Of a stretch of DNA of 64,000 bases, positions 13,493 to 25,911 are shown piece by piece. A program made the translations under genes and the position numbers. Position 1 is the stretch's first letter; every line of letters begins with the position of its first letter. Source of the DNA: Catajapyx aquilonaris (lineage: Eukaryota); NCBI GenBank assembly GCA_000934665.2, contig KZ538071.1:62001-126000 (forward strand), read 5' to 3'. The notes under the pieces are model-generated. The model did no database searches. It had not been told where the DNA came from and saw only the letters and a list, made by a program, of their open reading frames with translations.

Positions 13493-16400
13493 TATTTTTA
13501 CACGACCCATGTCACGCTCCGTCACGCTCCCTTCTACCAGCGTGACGTACTTTACGAACCATTTACTGCCAGACTATTTTACGCTCATATCTCCATTTGT
13601 CGTTCCTCCTACTCAACATAGATCAGTTTACGACTCCACGTAAAGTCTTAATGCGTGCTACATGTGCGTAAAATTCCAAAGACCTCAACCAGAATTGAGA
13701 AAGTATGGTGGCAACGTCAGAACAAGGTCGAAATTCATCTTGTTTTAATAGCGTTGGCTGGAGAAGGCAAAGTAACATTGGGATGGGAATCACGGTGAGG
13801 CCCTAAGGGAAGGGTGTATTGGGGGAGGGGAGGTAGGGAGAGGCGGGGGGAAAGGGGGAGAGTTAGCAGCAGCCGACTCGCACATTACCAGCCCTCATTA
13901 TTTCTCCTGCGTCCACTTGTGTCTTGGGCATAAAAGAGCACTTCCAGGCCCCCCACCTCCTACCCAACACCACTGTCGCCTCCACCCTGCCCGCCCAAGT
14001 ATAAGGAGAAGAAAAGGTGAGAGGGAGAGGGGGAGAGGGGGGGGGGGGATTTCAAAAAAAAAAAAAAAAAATCAAAGCTGCCAGGTCACGGCTTTTTGCT
14101 CGTCAAGCTCCTAGGCCTTCGATGTGGCAGTGACAATGTGAAAAATGAAGAGGCCCTAATGATAAATTCCCTCCGGCTCTCCGACCCTGCTGTTAGCCTT
14201 AAATAGGCCTCCGACGGCCATTTTTTTGTCTATCTCTTAGGAGCGGGGTGGGGGTGGGGGGATGACAAAAGATGAAATTCTGTGTGGGTGACAGCGACGC
14301 GTACCAATGGCAAAGGACAATCACACTGGCCGTGTCCAGCTTTAGCACTCTATTCTCCATTCAGGTCGGCCACAAGTAGGCCTAAGAAAAACAGTGATGA
14401 GACTGGGATTTTTTTAAAAGGGGACCAGAATTTTTCAGGTGGCTACTAACAAGAGCAAATTGTAATTCGTGATTTAATGAAATTAATATGCTGTCGTTGA
14501 CAAATGGTACGCTTTTAAAGAGAGACTTAGGGGACCAGTACCGTCCAAAGTGCATTTGTCGCCATTTGGAAAACAATGGGTGTCTCCGTTGCAAATGGCT
14601 TTTAATCGCTTGGTAGCCACACCCTAACTCCAAAGGGTGTCGCCAAATCTATTAAACTGTGTGTACCGAAAGAGCGATTACGGTTGTGCTCGCGACTGCT
14701 TTCCACCGCCATCAGTCACCATGTCGTGGAAGAAGCCGAGCCTGGACTATACAATGCAATCGGAGACCTGAACACGTGCGGGACATTTATATGCGAGCGG
14801 GCAATCCTTTGCGATTTCACACAGGATTTTCTCGGTAGGAAACAATTCCAGAACTATGGCCATTCGCCACAGATATTAACAGCAGGCGCGAAGAACATCT
14901 CAACTTGGCGCAACTCTCCCGCAGCCTTCCCCATTCCCACCTATCAAGATCATCATCTCTGTTGCTGACATAAATTATGGCCTCAAGTGCACAAGTCTCG
15001 CCCATTATAAGAGTCTGCCCATGCAGCAGCATCTACGCTTTCTTTATTCCGGCCCTGGCTGTCCTTTATCAGAAATGACTTCCCCATTCCAAAAGAACAT
15101 GCTGCAATCTGCGCTTAGGCCTCCATGTCACAGGGGCCAGGAAATATTCATTATGTTGATTCCAGTGTTCGCAAATGTGATTTAAAGTGATGAAGAACGC
15201 CTACCAATTATATGTTGGACACGTTTTTTGAGTGTAGATAGTTTGCTATAGTTTTGGCTAATTGCAGACATCATGTAGGCAGGAAATAATCGAATTGGAA
15301 TAAGCACTTTCACCATTATTCTACAGTGCTGATTTCGCCCCTTGCTGTATTGGTTGTAGGCTACAGTGTTATTTACATAACATCTATGCGTGTTAGCGTT
15401 AATCAGGCATAAACAATCAACGGAACATTTTTTTAAAAAAAACATGAATTCATCCCGGACTTTCATCGTAGACTTTTGCAAAGGTTTCCACCTGGCAACT
15501 TACGCAATGGACTTAACCTTTCCCTACGCATACCATTGTAATGTACAGTGTGCAAACATCAAATTATAACGTTCAATGCCTCAATAATAAACTGTGAGAG
15601 TACCGGCACTATCCAGTATACTTATTTTCCACAAGCCAAATCATATCTTCTCTTCGCCCTTAAAATTCGATATGAGCACGATAGCTTAAAATATGTTATT
15701 AAAGTAGATAAGCATATACTAGGGAATGCGCTAGCGATGCACACACAGGTCTTGTTTCGACATCAATTCTAAGCAAGCGGTCATGTACACAAACGGTAGA
15801 GTACATCATTGTAATTAGAATTTTGTCGATGGGCGAGTCTTGCCCAGAAAGAGAGAGATAATAGAGGGTGGCAGATTGCGGGCGAGCATTTTAGCCATTT
15901 GGCCATCCTGCAGGTGGTTGGTATGGAGCCTAGCTTAAAGATGGCCAGCTCGTTTGGGAAAGGATCAATTACTACCTGTCAACACCCATGCTTCCTTCCA
16001 GCCAAAGACGATAACTCAGTAAGCGCCACATCAGGGCCAGCAAACTGCCGTATAGGGGTCGCTTCTGCCTGTCTCACTGCCTAAGTCCATCTATCTACTC
16101 CGGCACTTGTATAGAATGCGTGCAATGTTTGTTGCACACAGTCCCGCCTCCCTATACCCCCCCNCCCCCCTACTGGCTCCTAGAAAAAGAATGATGGCTA
16201 GCCTGCTGGAATCCTCCACTAACTTTGTAGGCTGCTTACATCACCTGCAATTTTCTTACCCATCGCTCCTGCAAAGCTCAACGATTTGTAATATTACAGA
16301 GAAAAATTGATGAGAGCTACCATACAGCCTTGTGCAGCAGGGCTATCAATTACGACTAGATTGGATTCGTGTCAAGTGTGACTTTAACCGCCTTTTAAAA

Positions 16401-19077
16401 AAACGGTAGGCATACTTTTTTTTTAAATGAATTTTCAGTGGTCATTGCTACATATGTGGAAGTTGCAATATGGCGAAGAAGTTTCACAACCACGCCCTAC
16501 TCGCAATGTGATCAAGGATTATCCTGATAGTCTAAAAAAATAGGGGGGGGGGGGAATTTCCAGACAAAAACTTATAAACATACTGTATATACAGTACACG
16601 TGTACACCGTAAATCCTGCGCAGGATTTTTTCCCCCCTTCCTCATCTTGTCCCTCCCCCGAGCTCAAGAAGTAAAAAAAAAAAAAAAATCAAGCTGGAGG
16701 CCACGGGAGGAGCAGAAGGCTCATAAATACCCTAAATTACAAGGATAATATTGGGTGGAGTGCGCTTTGATGAGATAAAAATTATGTGAAGTTCCGGGTC
16801 TCCCCGCTTCCATTTTTAGTTGCAGACGCAGAAAAATGCCACCATGTTAGTTTCGTGATAACAATTATTTGATTTAAATATAATATAATATTTAAATAAT
16901 AATTAGAAATTGAACCGGGCGTGCAGTTGTTTCACATTTTAGATGCCGGTTTATTGTATCAACTTTGTTATTAATTTAACAAAAATTTAGAGGGTCTGGC
17001 ACAACCAGCACTGTATACACTACAATGCTTCTGTATTGTCCAAATTGATATTGGGTCTTTTAAGAAAGGCAAATACGTATCATCCCAGGTGTAAAGGTCC
17101 ATCAAGAATGCATATTCATGAAAATTTCCTTTTGATAAACACTTTGGGCAGCCAATTTGGAACCAAATTCTTTCCCTCTGCTGGCAGAGAAAAAAAATAC
17201 TGCTAAGGCATTCAAATGACATGCGTTGAATGGACCTGCGCCGAAAAAGGCTTCAGGTGAACAAACTGCCACTTCCCAGGCACTAACATGAAGTATGTTA
17301 TCTCGCCCTTGAACTCATAATCCCCATTCTAATCAAAAAAGTCACTATCCGCCATCTGGAAGTAGAATCCTTCCAGCTACCCCCCTTATTTTTTGGGGGG
17401 AAGGGCATGGGACTTACCGCCGTAAAGAAAAGCCACCTCCAGGATTAATGAACAAGAATCGTACAATAAGAGATAAGGCACAAAAAAGTCTTTCAAAACA
17501 AAACAAAAAATTTATATATATAGAATGATAAGCATCGTTCGGAGGAAATGCACTCCATGTTCTTTCCCACATAACGTTTCCGTTCAGAAAAATTACAATT
17601 AAAAACCCGGTATGCCGGAAAGACCACGTCCGAATATTGCGCATCACCCACCACAAACTTATATACCCTCCAAAAAATTTTCAGCTTGAATAATGATCGG
17701 TGCTATTAAAAGCAGGTGGAGAGATCCTTTGGAAGAAGTGAATGTCCTCTATCATATCCTGCTGGAAAACCAGTCACAATTCAACGTTCGAGTCATTTAT
17801 CAGACTGGCTGACACCTTGACGAGCCAGAAAAATAAACATTTCGGTCCTATAGGCACTTGCCTTCCACTCTTTATTGTGTATTTTTTATTGCCGCTTCTT
17901 CTTCTTTTTTAAAGCGTATACTCGGTGCTAAAAAGAGACTAGTTCCATACGACATCTTTCATACGAGGTTGCGGCGACATGTTTTTGCCGCGTCACTAGA
18001 TCTGATGAAGGGAAAAACTTTGTTTTCTTTTCGATCACCCAACTTTGCTGTGTCCGTGACTTTACTAGAGCAATGCTACAAGGTATAGAAACAAGCCGGA
18101 TTTTGTAAAAAAAAAAAAAGTCAGGAAATGTTATCCTTACGGGAAGTTGCCCCTGCGTCTCCATATAAGTCGTACAAAAAAAAATAAAGGGCCAAACTTA
18201 CGACAGTATCATTCTTATCTGTATGCCAAATACCGTGCGCTGTCATAAATGTAGCGAAGAAATTGCGCATCTAAACTCTCTGATGTAAAAAAAAAAAAAG
18301 TACAGTACGAATTCAAGATTTGCATCTGACGGGGCTTTAGAGAAGCTTCGTCCGGAATTTTCCAGGCTCACATGCAGGACCAATTCCTTCACTATCTGAT
18401 CACTTGCCTGCCAACCAGTTGACGTCCCTAGATTTCATCGATGGCTGCTAACACGTACTAATCACCTTATGGCACATATAAAAAAAACAACAACAAGAAA
18501 ATGGAATACCATGCAAGTACACGCTTAGGTAAAACCATCAGCATCGTGACCATCAAGTTTCCTCCAAGTGGTACGGGTTATGCACCTTTGCCACCCAAAG
18601 TGGAAGAATTCCGACCCCTGCATGGTGACACAGTCGCCTAGCTCGAGCATAAATCAATGTCTTTCAGATGCGAAGGAATGAAATTTTCAGCGAATGCATG
18701 TCATGGCAAGGACTTAGCGCGCGTTACAAGAATTGTGGGCCGCTATCAGGAAAGGTTAAAGTCCGGGCGCTTGTGGAGCGATAAGGAAGCGCCACACCCA
18801 AACCCGCCAACTAACCAACGAACCGACCAACCAACATAGTTCGACGACGACAAAAAAATGTGAAAAGGACGAGGGGGCTACGGTGTACGTGCCCTCTCCT
18901 GATTTATTGTCGGCCGGCGGGTGTGGCTGTCCGAAGAACCTACTACAATAATACTGCACGGTACGTGCGTGCTTTTCAGCCGCTAATTAATTGAGGTTTC
19001 GAGTGTCAACAAGAGTTTGGGGGGAGGGCCACCTACCGGACCACTTCCAGTCGGCAGCACATGTTCCGTCTACTTAC

Positions 19078-19167
19078 CATGGAATGACCCAGGTACTCCG
19101 CGGCATTGTCCGAGATGTACAGAAGCTTGCCGTTCTGAGTCATCATCATCAGAAAACCGCTCAGTGC
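19078..19167 (-). CDS. dys: dys exon: PAS-A start ([30 protein letters not shown])
   Basis: Acceptor tgtccacag|GCA, donor ATG|gtaagt. 90 nt, phase 0/0. Canonical bHLH-PAS PAS-A motif ALxGF...GKLLYIS...YLG. Confidence 0.96.
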
Positions 19168-19932
19168 CTGTGGACATAAATAGTACAATATTAATATTTT
19201 GTGGTGGGCACTTGTACAGTACAGGTTTTTGAATCTACCTGAAGTTACCAGGTAAAAAAAAAAAAGTACTTAACACATCATCATATATGTCACCGTAAGT
19301 GCTCACACGCGTGAAGCATAGGAGCTTTGCTTATGAGGCAGGGCAGTTGAATACGATGAAAAAAAAAAAAAGGTGGAGGAAGTCGTGCGGGACATGACCT
19401 AGGTGTGCGGCTTTCGTGCGGGAAAATGACTGTGGAGCAGTACAGGAAGAAGGAAGGAAGGAAGGAAGGAAGAAGACATCCCTGCACATATAGACAGGCA
19501 GTTATCCTGGTCTCACGCAACACACCACAGCCCCCCCCCCCCCTACCAACTCAGCCTGATTCCCCCCCGGCTGGCGGACCACTGGCCGCAGTGCACGTGC
19601 CAAGTGTACCCACGCCCACCCTGCATGTCCTTTTCCTTGGCGCACACACTCATCCTGCGCATACCTAATCATACACTACTTCCAAACCAGGTCCGGCATT
19701 CTTAGCGGCACTTTTTCCTACCAGAATCACTACTTTGGATGGTGTCGGATGCTGCTGACTTATGAGTTTGGGAGGTAGATGGTTGGATGGATTTATGGAT
19801 AGGACGAGAGTTTTACAAATGTGGTTTGCATGTGTGGTGGTGGCCAGCCCGGAAGCAGAATTTAGCGAAATTACATTATTACCTAAGAAACCAATTTTTA
19901 TTCAAAATATTTCTCGGAGTACATGTGACAAA

Positions 19933-20065
19933 GGTGCGTTTACATGTGAGCGATTTGACGAGCGAAATCTTCGCCGAGGCTGAAATTAACAATCGATTTT
20001 CGCCTCCGGGTTACTCAGCTTCGGCGAAGATTTCGCTCGTCAAATCCCTCACATGTAAACGCACT
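19933..20065. mobile_element. Foldback MITE, possibly PIF/Harbinger-like
   Basis: 50-bp inverted arms (19934-19983 / 20015-20064, 48/50 complementary) starting GGTGCGTTTACATG. No clean TSD, so the superfamily call is inferred from terminus style only. Confidence 0.7.
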
Positions 20066-21375
20066 TCGTTTACGAGCCTCCGCAAGAAAACTGACTTGAC
20101 TATCATATGACAAAATGCCTAATCCATTATCGACCAAATGCTGACTCTGATCGTTCTGCATTTAATGTGTAAAAATGGAATATTACATTTACAGTCTAGT
20201 AATTTGATCCACGCCCTTGTGTGTTATTTACGTAGATTTCGTCGCCAATAATGCACACCGGTTGTAAACTTGAAATGTGTAGGCATAAATCGAGGACACT
20301 TGTGGTCAGCAGGCTAATTAGTATGTACTGTACATTCGCAAATCTTGATGAATGACTCTGTAAGTGAGCAGGATACGCATGGGTAATTTTTCCTCATAAG
20401 AACCTATATGGCTGATACTTAATTTCCTCCCCTGACCGCACTCAAATAGCTGAATTACTACCATTTTCTCTACAGTCCTGCCTCAGCAAACGCAGAAATA
20501 AAATGCGTATGAAGTACTGTAATAGTAATAAAAGGCGAACCTTTTTCTTATTGGAATCATTTGCTATGGAAATGTGACTCTAATTTGTAATATCTATAAA
20601 TATTTAGATTCGTCCCATGCATGCACCTAGTCCTGAAGGTGTCTATTCAGAATTCTATTTCGAACCAAACTGCGGTGTCACCCTGCCTGCTGATTCAATA
20701 GCACATAATTTATCCGCAAGACTTGACCATCGCATTGAAATATTTCCTCCACTGCCTGAAGGCAAGCTTGCGAATACATGTCATGCAAGCAGGCGGCAAC
20801 AGCAGCAATGGTACTTGCATGAAGGTTTGGTCCCCCGCGGCCAAATCAAACACTGGGGAGCCTTCCAAATTAATTGTTGCTCTTTATGGCCTGCATAGGC
20901 GTATATACCAGCACGGACCCCAACACCCCTCGCCATGCAAGTGAACATCGTGGGTTCTGAAAGAAGAAGGAAGAGGAGGAGATATAAGGGCTGCCAAGGA
21001 GTTGGGGGGTTGGGGTGGAGGGGGTTGGAGTCCCTTGCGGCAAGGTAGCCAGCCCCAGCAAACGCCAGCCTCTTGATTGAGCACTTGTGTCGATATAATG
21101 ATCATCAGTCTTTCCCCCCTCCTCTTTTCACGCCTCCTTATTCAAGCTGCGGCCTCTTTCGGTCCCTGCACATCCCAACATATTTCGAACCGACATCTTT
21201 CTTGTACACTTTCACCATTATACAGAACAAACGGGTTTCAGAAGCAGCCAAGTGGGAGGCATCTTCACAAAATATCTCGAAGAATTAACACCCACCATAT
21301 GGTGCAGGTTACCCCCCCCCCCTCCTCCTTTTGTTTCACCCACTTTTTCATGCGCAACATGATGGAATGCAGACG

Positions 21376-21475
<100 letters not shown>

Positions 21476-22178
21476 GAGGTGATAGGGAACGTATTAAAGT
21501 TTTATTAGCCCTATCTCGGTGGGATAAAAAAAAGGCAAAGCAGAATGTTAAGATGGGGTTGGGGATGGGTGATACTGGAATGTGGTGTGCGAAGTTGGGC
21601 GAGTATAGACGAGAGAAGCGGCCGGCCCACCTCCTCCTCTCCTCCCTCTTCTTCATCTCCTCTTTCTTCTTCGTCTTTCTCCTCTGTTCTGTGCAGCGGG
21701 CTTGGTAATGGAGGCCGCCGCCAGTAATTGGGCCCGCACTTTTTTCCCACGCTCCGGAGCCTCCAAGAGTCAAGCCCAACATCATCGGCCCCCAACCCCA
21801 ACCCCCATTAGCATACCCCAACCCCCCCTCTCTTCTACCCCACCACTATACCCCCACCTGTACCACCCCCATACCTCCACCATAAGGATTCTTCTTCTTT
21901 TGAGGCGAGGCAGCCTCATTCCCTAACACCTTACGCACCTTGGGAATCTTCTTCCTTCCACCCAACTTTTAATTCCTTTCTGGGGGTCTCACCTTGCATT
22001 TTTTTATTATTCTTTACTGGACCCCATACATTTCGGCCCTTCACGGCCATTGCACATATAATTAGTATTTCAGTGTACCGGTACTGGTATCTCTGACTCA
22101 CTCCCTGGTGCTGATTAGGAAGCATTTAGGAGGAATTAGCTCGTGATCCATTTCGAAGAGGGCAGTAGTAAGCATATA

Positions 22179-22387
22179 CATGGTGTTTCAACTTTTTTGT
22201 CCGAACAGTTATGGGAAAATTGAACGTAGCTGCTACTTCGTAAGCAGTGACTTGCAAACCGTGATTTTTCGGAAGAACGGGGAATATTCCCTGTGAATCG
22301 TAGGTTGAAGTGGCATACACTCTTACAAAGTAGCAGCTACGTTCAATTTTCCGATAACTGTTCGGACAAAAAAGTTGAAACACCCTG
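22179..22387. mobile_element. Internally deleted copy of the 12908 Tc1/mariner-like MITE family (209 bp)
   Basis: TA|CATGGTGTTTCAACTTTTTTGTCCGAACAG...AACACCCTG|TA. The left ~135 bp match the reverse complement of the right arm of the 12908 element; the right ~66 bp are the other TIR. Confidence 0.9.
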
Positions 22388-25300
22388 TATAGCTATTTAG
22401 CATAATATATCTATCCACTATACATTTGCCCCTGAAGAAATGTGCAGATTCCAGATGGGAAATTTTGTATTCAACGTGGGTAATGTTGTATCCGAATAAA
22501 TTCGGTGCACTTATTTTTTCCGGGAATGACTGTACGATACGAACTCATGTGAGGTGGCCATCGCGCCTCGGTTAGCATAGTTGATGGATGAGTTGAATTT
22601 ACGGCGATAGGACGTATAAAAAAAGAGTTATAATAGCATACCGTATTATAGCTATATAAAATATCAAATTATACGCGACAGCTGCAAATAATCACACTTG
22701 AAGTATCGTGCATAAGTACAGCACTTTATGTACGACTCATTATATCAGATATTTCAAATTTTCTGGCCTGCTGTGAACACAGTAGCGGTTCGATGAATGT
22801 ATTGTAAGAATCCTAGCAGGTGATTAAACGTGGCGCCACAGCTATGCCATTTTTTAAAACCTTGTGACTGTGCAGTTTCGTAAGCCTCCAGCCTTAGCCT
22901 ATTGTAAAGAATGCGAGCGAATTTGATTGATCGGAGGAACGGGTCCAGCAGGTGCGATGTTCTGCGTGGGGGATGACTTCACGGGGTGGATCGTGGGAGG
23001 TCGCAGTGTCTGCCACACTAGAGCGTAACAGAATTGGCCAGGACTGGGGGTAGGGGGGGGGGGGTCACCATGTCGGACAATTGGTTTTTTTCCAGTATTT
23101 TTTTATATTTTTTCAGTACCCCCCAGTAGTTCCCACCCAGACAGCTAGCATCTCTCCTCCGGCTCCCCACCTCACCTCCCACCCACTTAGCCCACTTGCT
23201 TTTTTNCTCCCCGCTGGCTCCAAGGCCAATGGCGCCGCAGTGCAACCTATGAAAAATGCCTAGTTCAGTACAACCGGCCACAAGAGTGTATTCTAACACG
23301 TGCCAGCCAGTACAGTGCTGGCCATGTCATCCTCACCACAATTGCAGTTTTTTAAAAAAAAGTACAGGCATTGATGGTATAATACTGCCAGAAGAATTTC
23401 TTTAGCTACTTGCGGTGACAAAATGACATCTGGAAATGTCCCATCAGCAGCTGCTACCACGTGTATACGGAAGGAATGTCGCAATTTTTCAGCATCAATT
23501 ACATGGACGTAATGCCTACACTGTATAGACTTGGATCGCAGTATTTTGTAAGGAATGTCTAGTGTGGTTGGCTCTCAATAAATCCTGCAACTCCCATACA
23601 TTTCCCATCGCTGTTTATTTTATTAAACACCTAGTGTGGCCATGGCCCTAGGCTTACATGATTGCTTTTTTGTATGCAATCGGCCTAACCCCATTTTGTA
23701 ACAGCTATACCGTATTACGTGAACAACACACTGCATACAAATATCTTTATCTTTATAATAATATCTTTCCCTTTGAGGTGAGCATGAAGCTGCCAAACAA
23801 TTTTCCATTCGAAGCACAGGTGCGTATTAATTACACAGATTTCTGATCACGCCGGACACGCACTGAACATGCATACTCACCCCCCACCGAAAAGAGCAAA
23901 AATCCAGGTTGAAGTAGGAAGGTAGGTTGTTTTATATATATATTTTTTATATATACTTGCCCTGCTAAGGGGGGCCCCAGTTGTGTATATAATTACCGCA
24001 TTCAGTTAGCATTGTGTAAACGTCCATCTGAGAGATGGTTATCGAAGCGGCGTCGGAAATTTAATGCTTGGGAATACCTGTACTTGTTGGAGATAAAACG
24101 GAGAGATTTGTTAATCGGGCGAGAGGGCCAAGCAGCCGGCTCGAGCCTTCCATCGGATCCCATATACAGCCAAGAGAACCAGTTCTAAACGGCCATCTAT
24201 ACGTCCAATGCTCCGATGATCCTGGGTGCAGATATCGATACGTGCCTCTTTTCAGCCTCCTTCCAGCCTTTTGCATGTGATTAATGCAATTATGCGCCTT
24301 ATCACCAGGCAACTCGCAGTTCGTTGTTAGGCCACTTTTTCAAGTCTAGACTCGCTACACTTGTTTCACCACGGTGTATCTTACAGTGTGCGAAAAAACA
24401 GACGAAATGACATATTACGTGCTGGCTCAATTCCACTATTTTTTTTTATATAGGCATAGGTGTTGTAGGTGAGCTGGTTAGCACGTCATTGCCCATGGCT
24501 GAAGGAAGAAGGGTTGACTTTGGGTTGGGCACGCGACATGTTCCTGTTCCGTAAACTGACCTATGGAACAAAAAAAAAAGTGTGATTCTTTCAGATTTGT
24601 ACTGTGCTGTGTTGGTGCGGTCAAGAAATGTCCTGTAGGTTCGAACCGCAAGCTGGAGGCGTGCACCGTATCTGGAAATAGCCTTTCCCCAGGTATTATT
24701 CATGACGTAATAAAACGAGGCACTCAAATAGGCAATAGCTCCATGGCGTTTTGCAAGAAGATGATAGTGGTGCAGCCGAGTAGGTACTTATTGGTCGTAA
24801 AGCGCGACCTGCAACAGCTACTGTTCTTCCAGGAAGTACCCGGAAGCTCAGTCGCCATTGGTGGTTACCATTTTTTAGTGCGCGTAAACGTCCGCACTTA
24901 AAATCTTTTACGCGCCATTTTCGCCCTGGAGTCTAATTTGGGAGAACGGTTCCGGACCACTCATCACGCCCACCAAGTCTTCTTGCATCTACACAGCATT
25001 CAACTTCATTACGCTCGAGAGGCAAGCCCCCTTCGGACTCTAAGAAAAACATTTTCCCATTATTTCAGCATTGCCATTAGGGACCATAACGGTTTGGGGT
25101 GCACATCTACTGCACTATCCGGCAGTAAATTCAGATGAGGTTTGCCAGTTTTATTCTTCTTCTCTGTTGGTGTCGCTGGTTTCAATTTCTGGGGGCTTGT
25201 ACTTGGACTGGATGAAAATTTAAGCGGTTTTAGGATCGGGCAAACTTGAGGATAAGAAAAGTCCGGGAAGGGGTTGAGAAGAAATGTCACAGGGAATAAG

Positions 25301-25693
25301 ACAAAAGCTGTTTGAAAAACTTTAAAATGGCAAGACAGACATGTGCGACTTTCTATCGGTTCTCTATACACACATCAACAGTATTCATTTTCTTTATGAG
25401 GTTCCTTTACTTGAAGACCTGAAATGCAGAACGATCAGTCACATTGTGGTTGAGATTGTGTTAGGCATTGTGTAATGTAGTCCTTGATATGTCCTTTCGG
25501 GTGGTCAAGTCACTTTTCTGCTAGAGCAATTACAATCCCATAGCCAATGTTGGAATGTAATATTTGGTAATATTTGAACCAAATAAGATACCACAAATTC
25601 CAATCTTCATATCTCGAAATCATTCCATGGCGACTTTGATCATCCTGCACCTATAAGGTCTGCGGCCTATAGTGTATGTTATATACATGTATA

Positions 25694-25911
25694 CACTGTA
25701 AACCGCAAAACATTAAAAGAGCATCACTGGTGAGTCACTCATGGGAACATCAATTTTAAATGCTCTTCTAATACTTTGCTAATGCTCTTGTGATGCTTTT
25801 TGGCAACAAAAAAGCATCACAGGAGCATCACAAGAGCATTAAAAAGTGATGTACCATCTTCCATGAGAGACTCACCAGTGATGATCTTTTAATGTTTTGC
25901 GGTTTACAGTG
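25694..25911. mobile_element. Palindromic MITE (218 bp), CACTA/EnSpm-like termini
   Basis: TA|CACTGTAAACCGCAAAACATTAAAAGA...TTTACAGTG|TA. 51-bp TIRs with 2 mismatches, plus inner GAGCATCAC/GTGATGCT inverted repeats. CACTG ends with a 2-bp TSD resemble animal EnSpm-type elements (superfamily inferred). Confidence 0.85.

Noticed and set aside
24700..25371. Coding-looking stretch (S/P/K-rich ORF 25060..25371 and neighbours), possible decayed transposon or gene fragment
   Set aside because: The frames I translated are interrupted by stops and show no RT, endonuclease or transposase motif; needs BLASTX.
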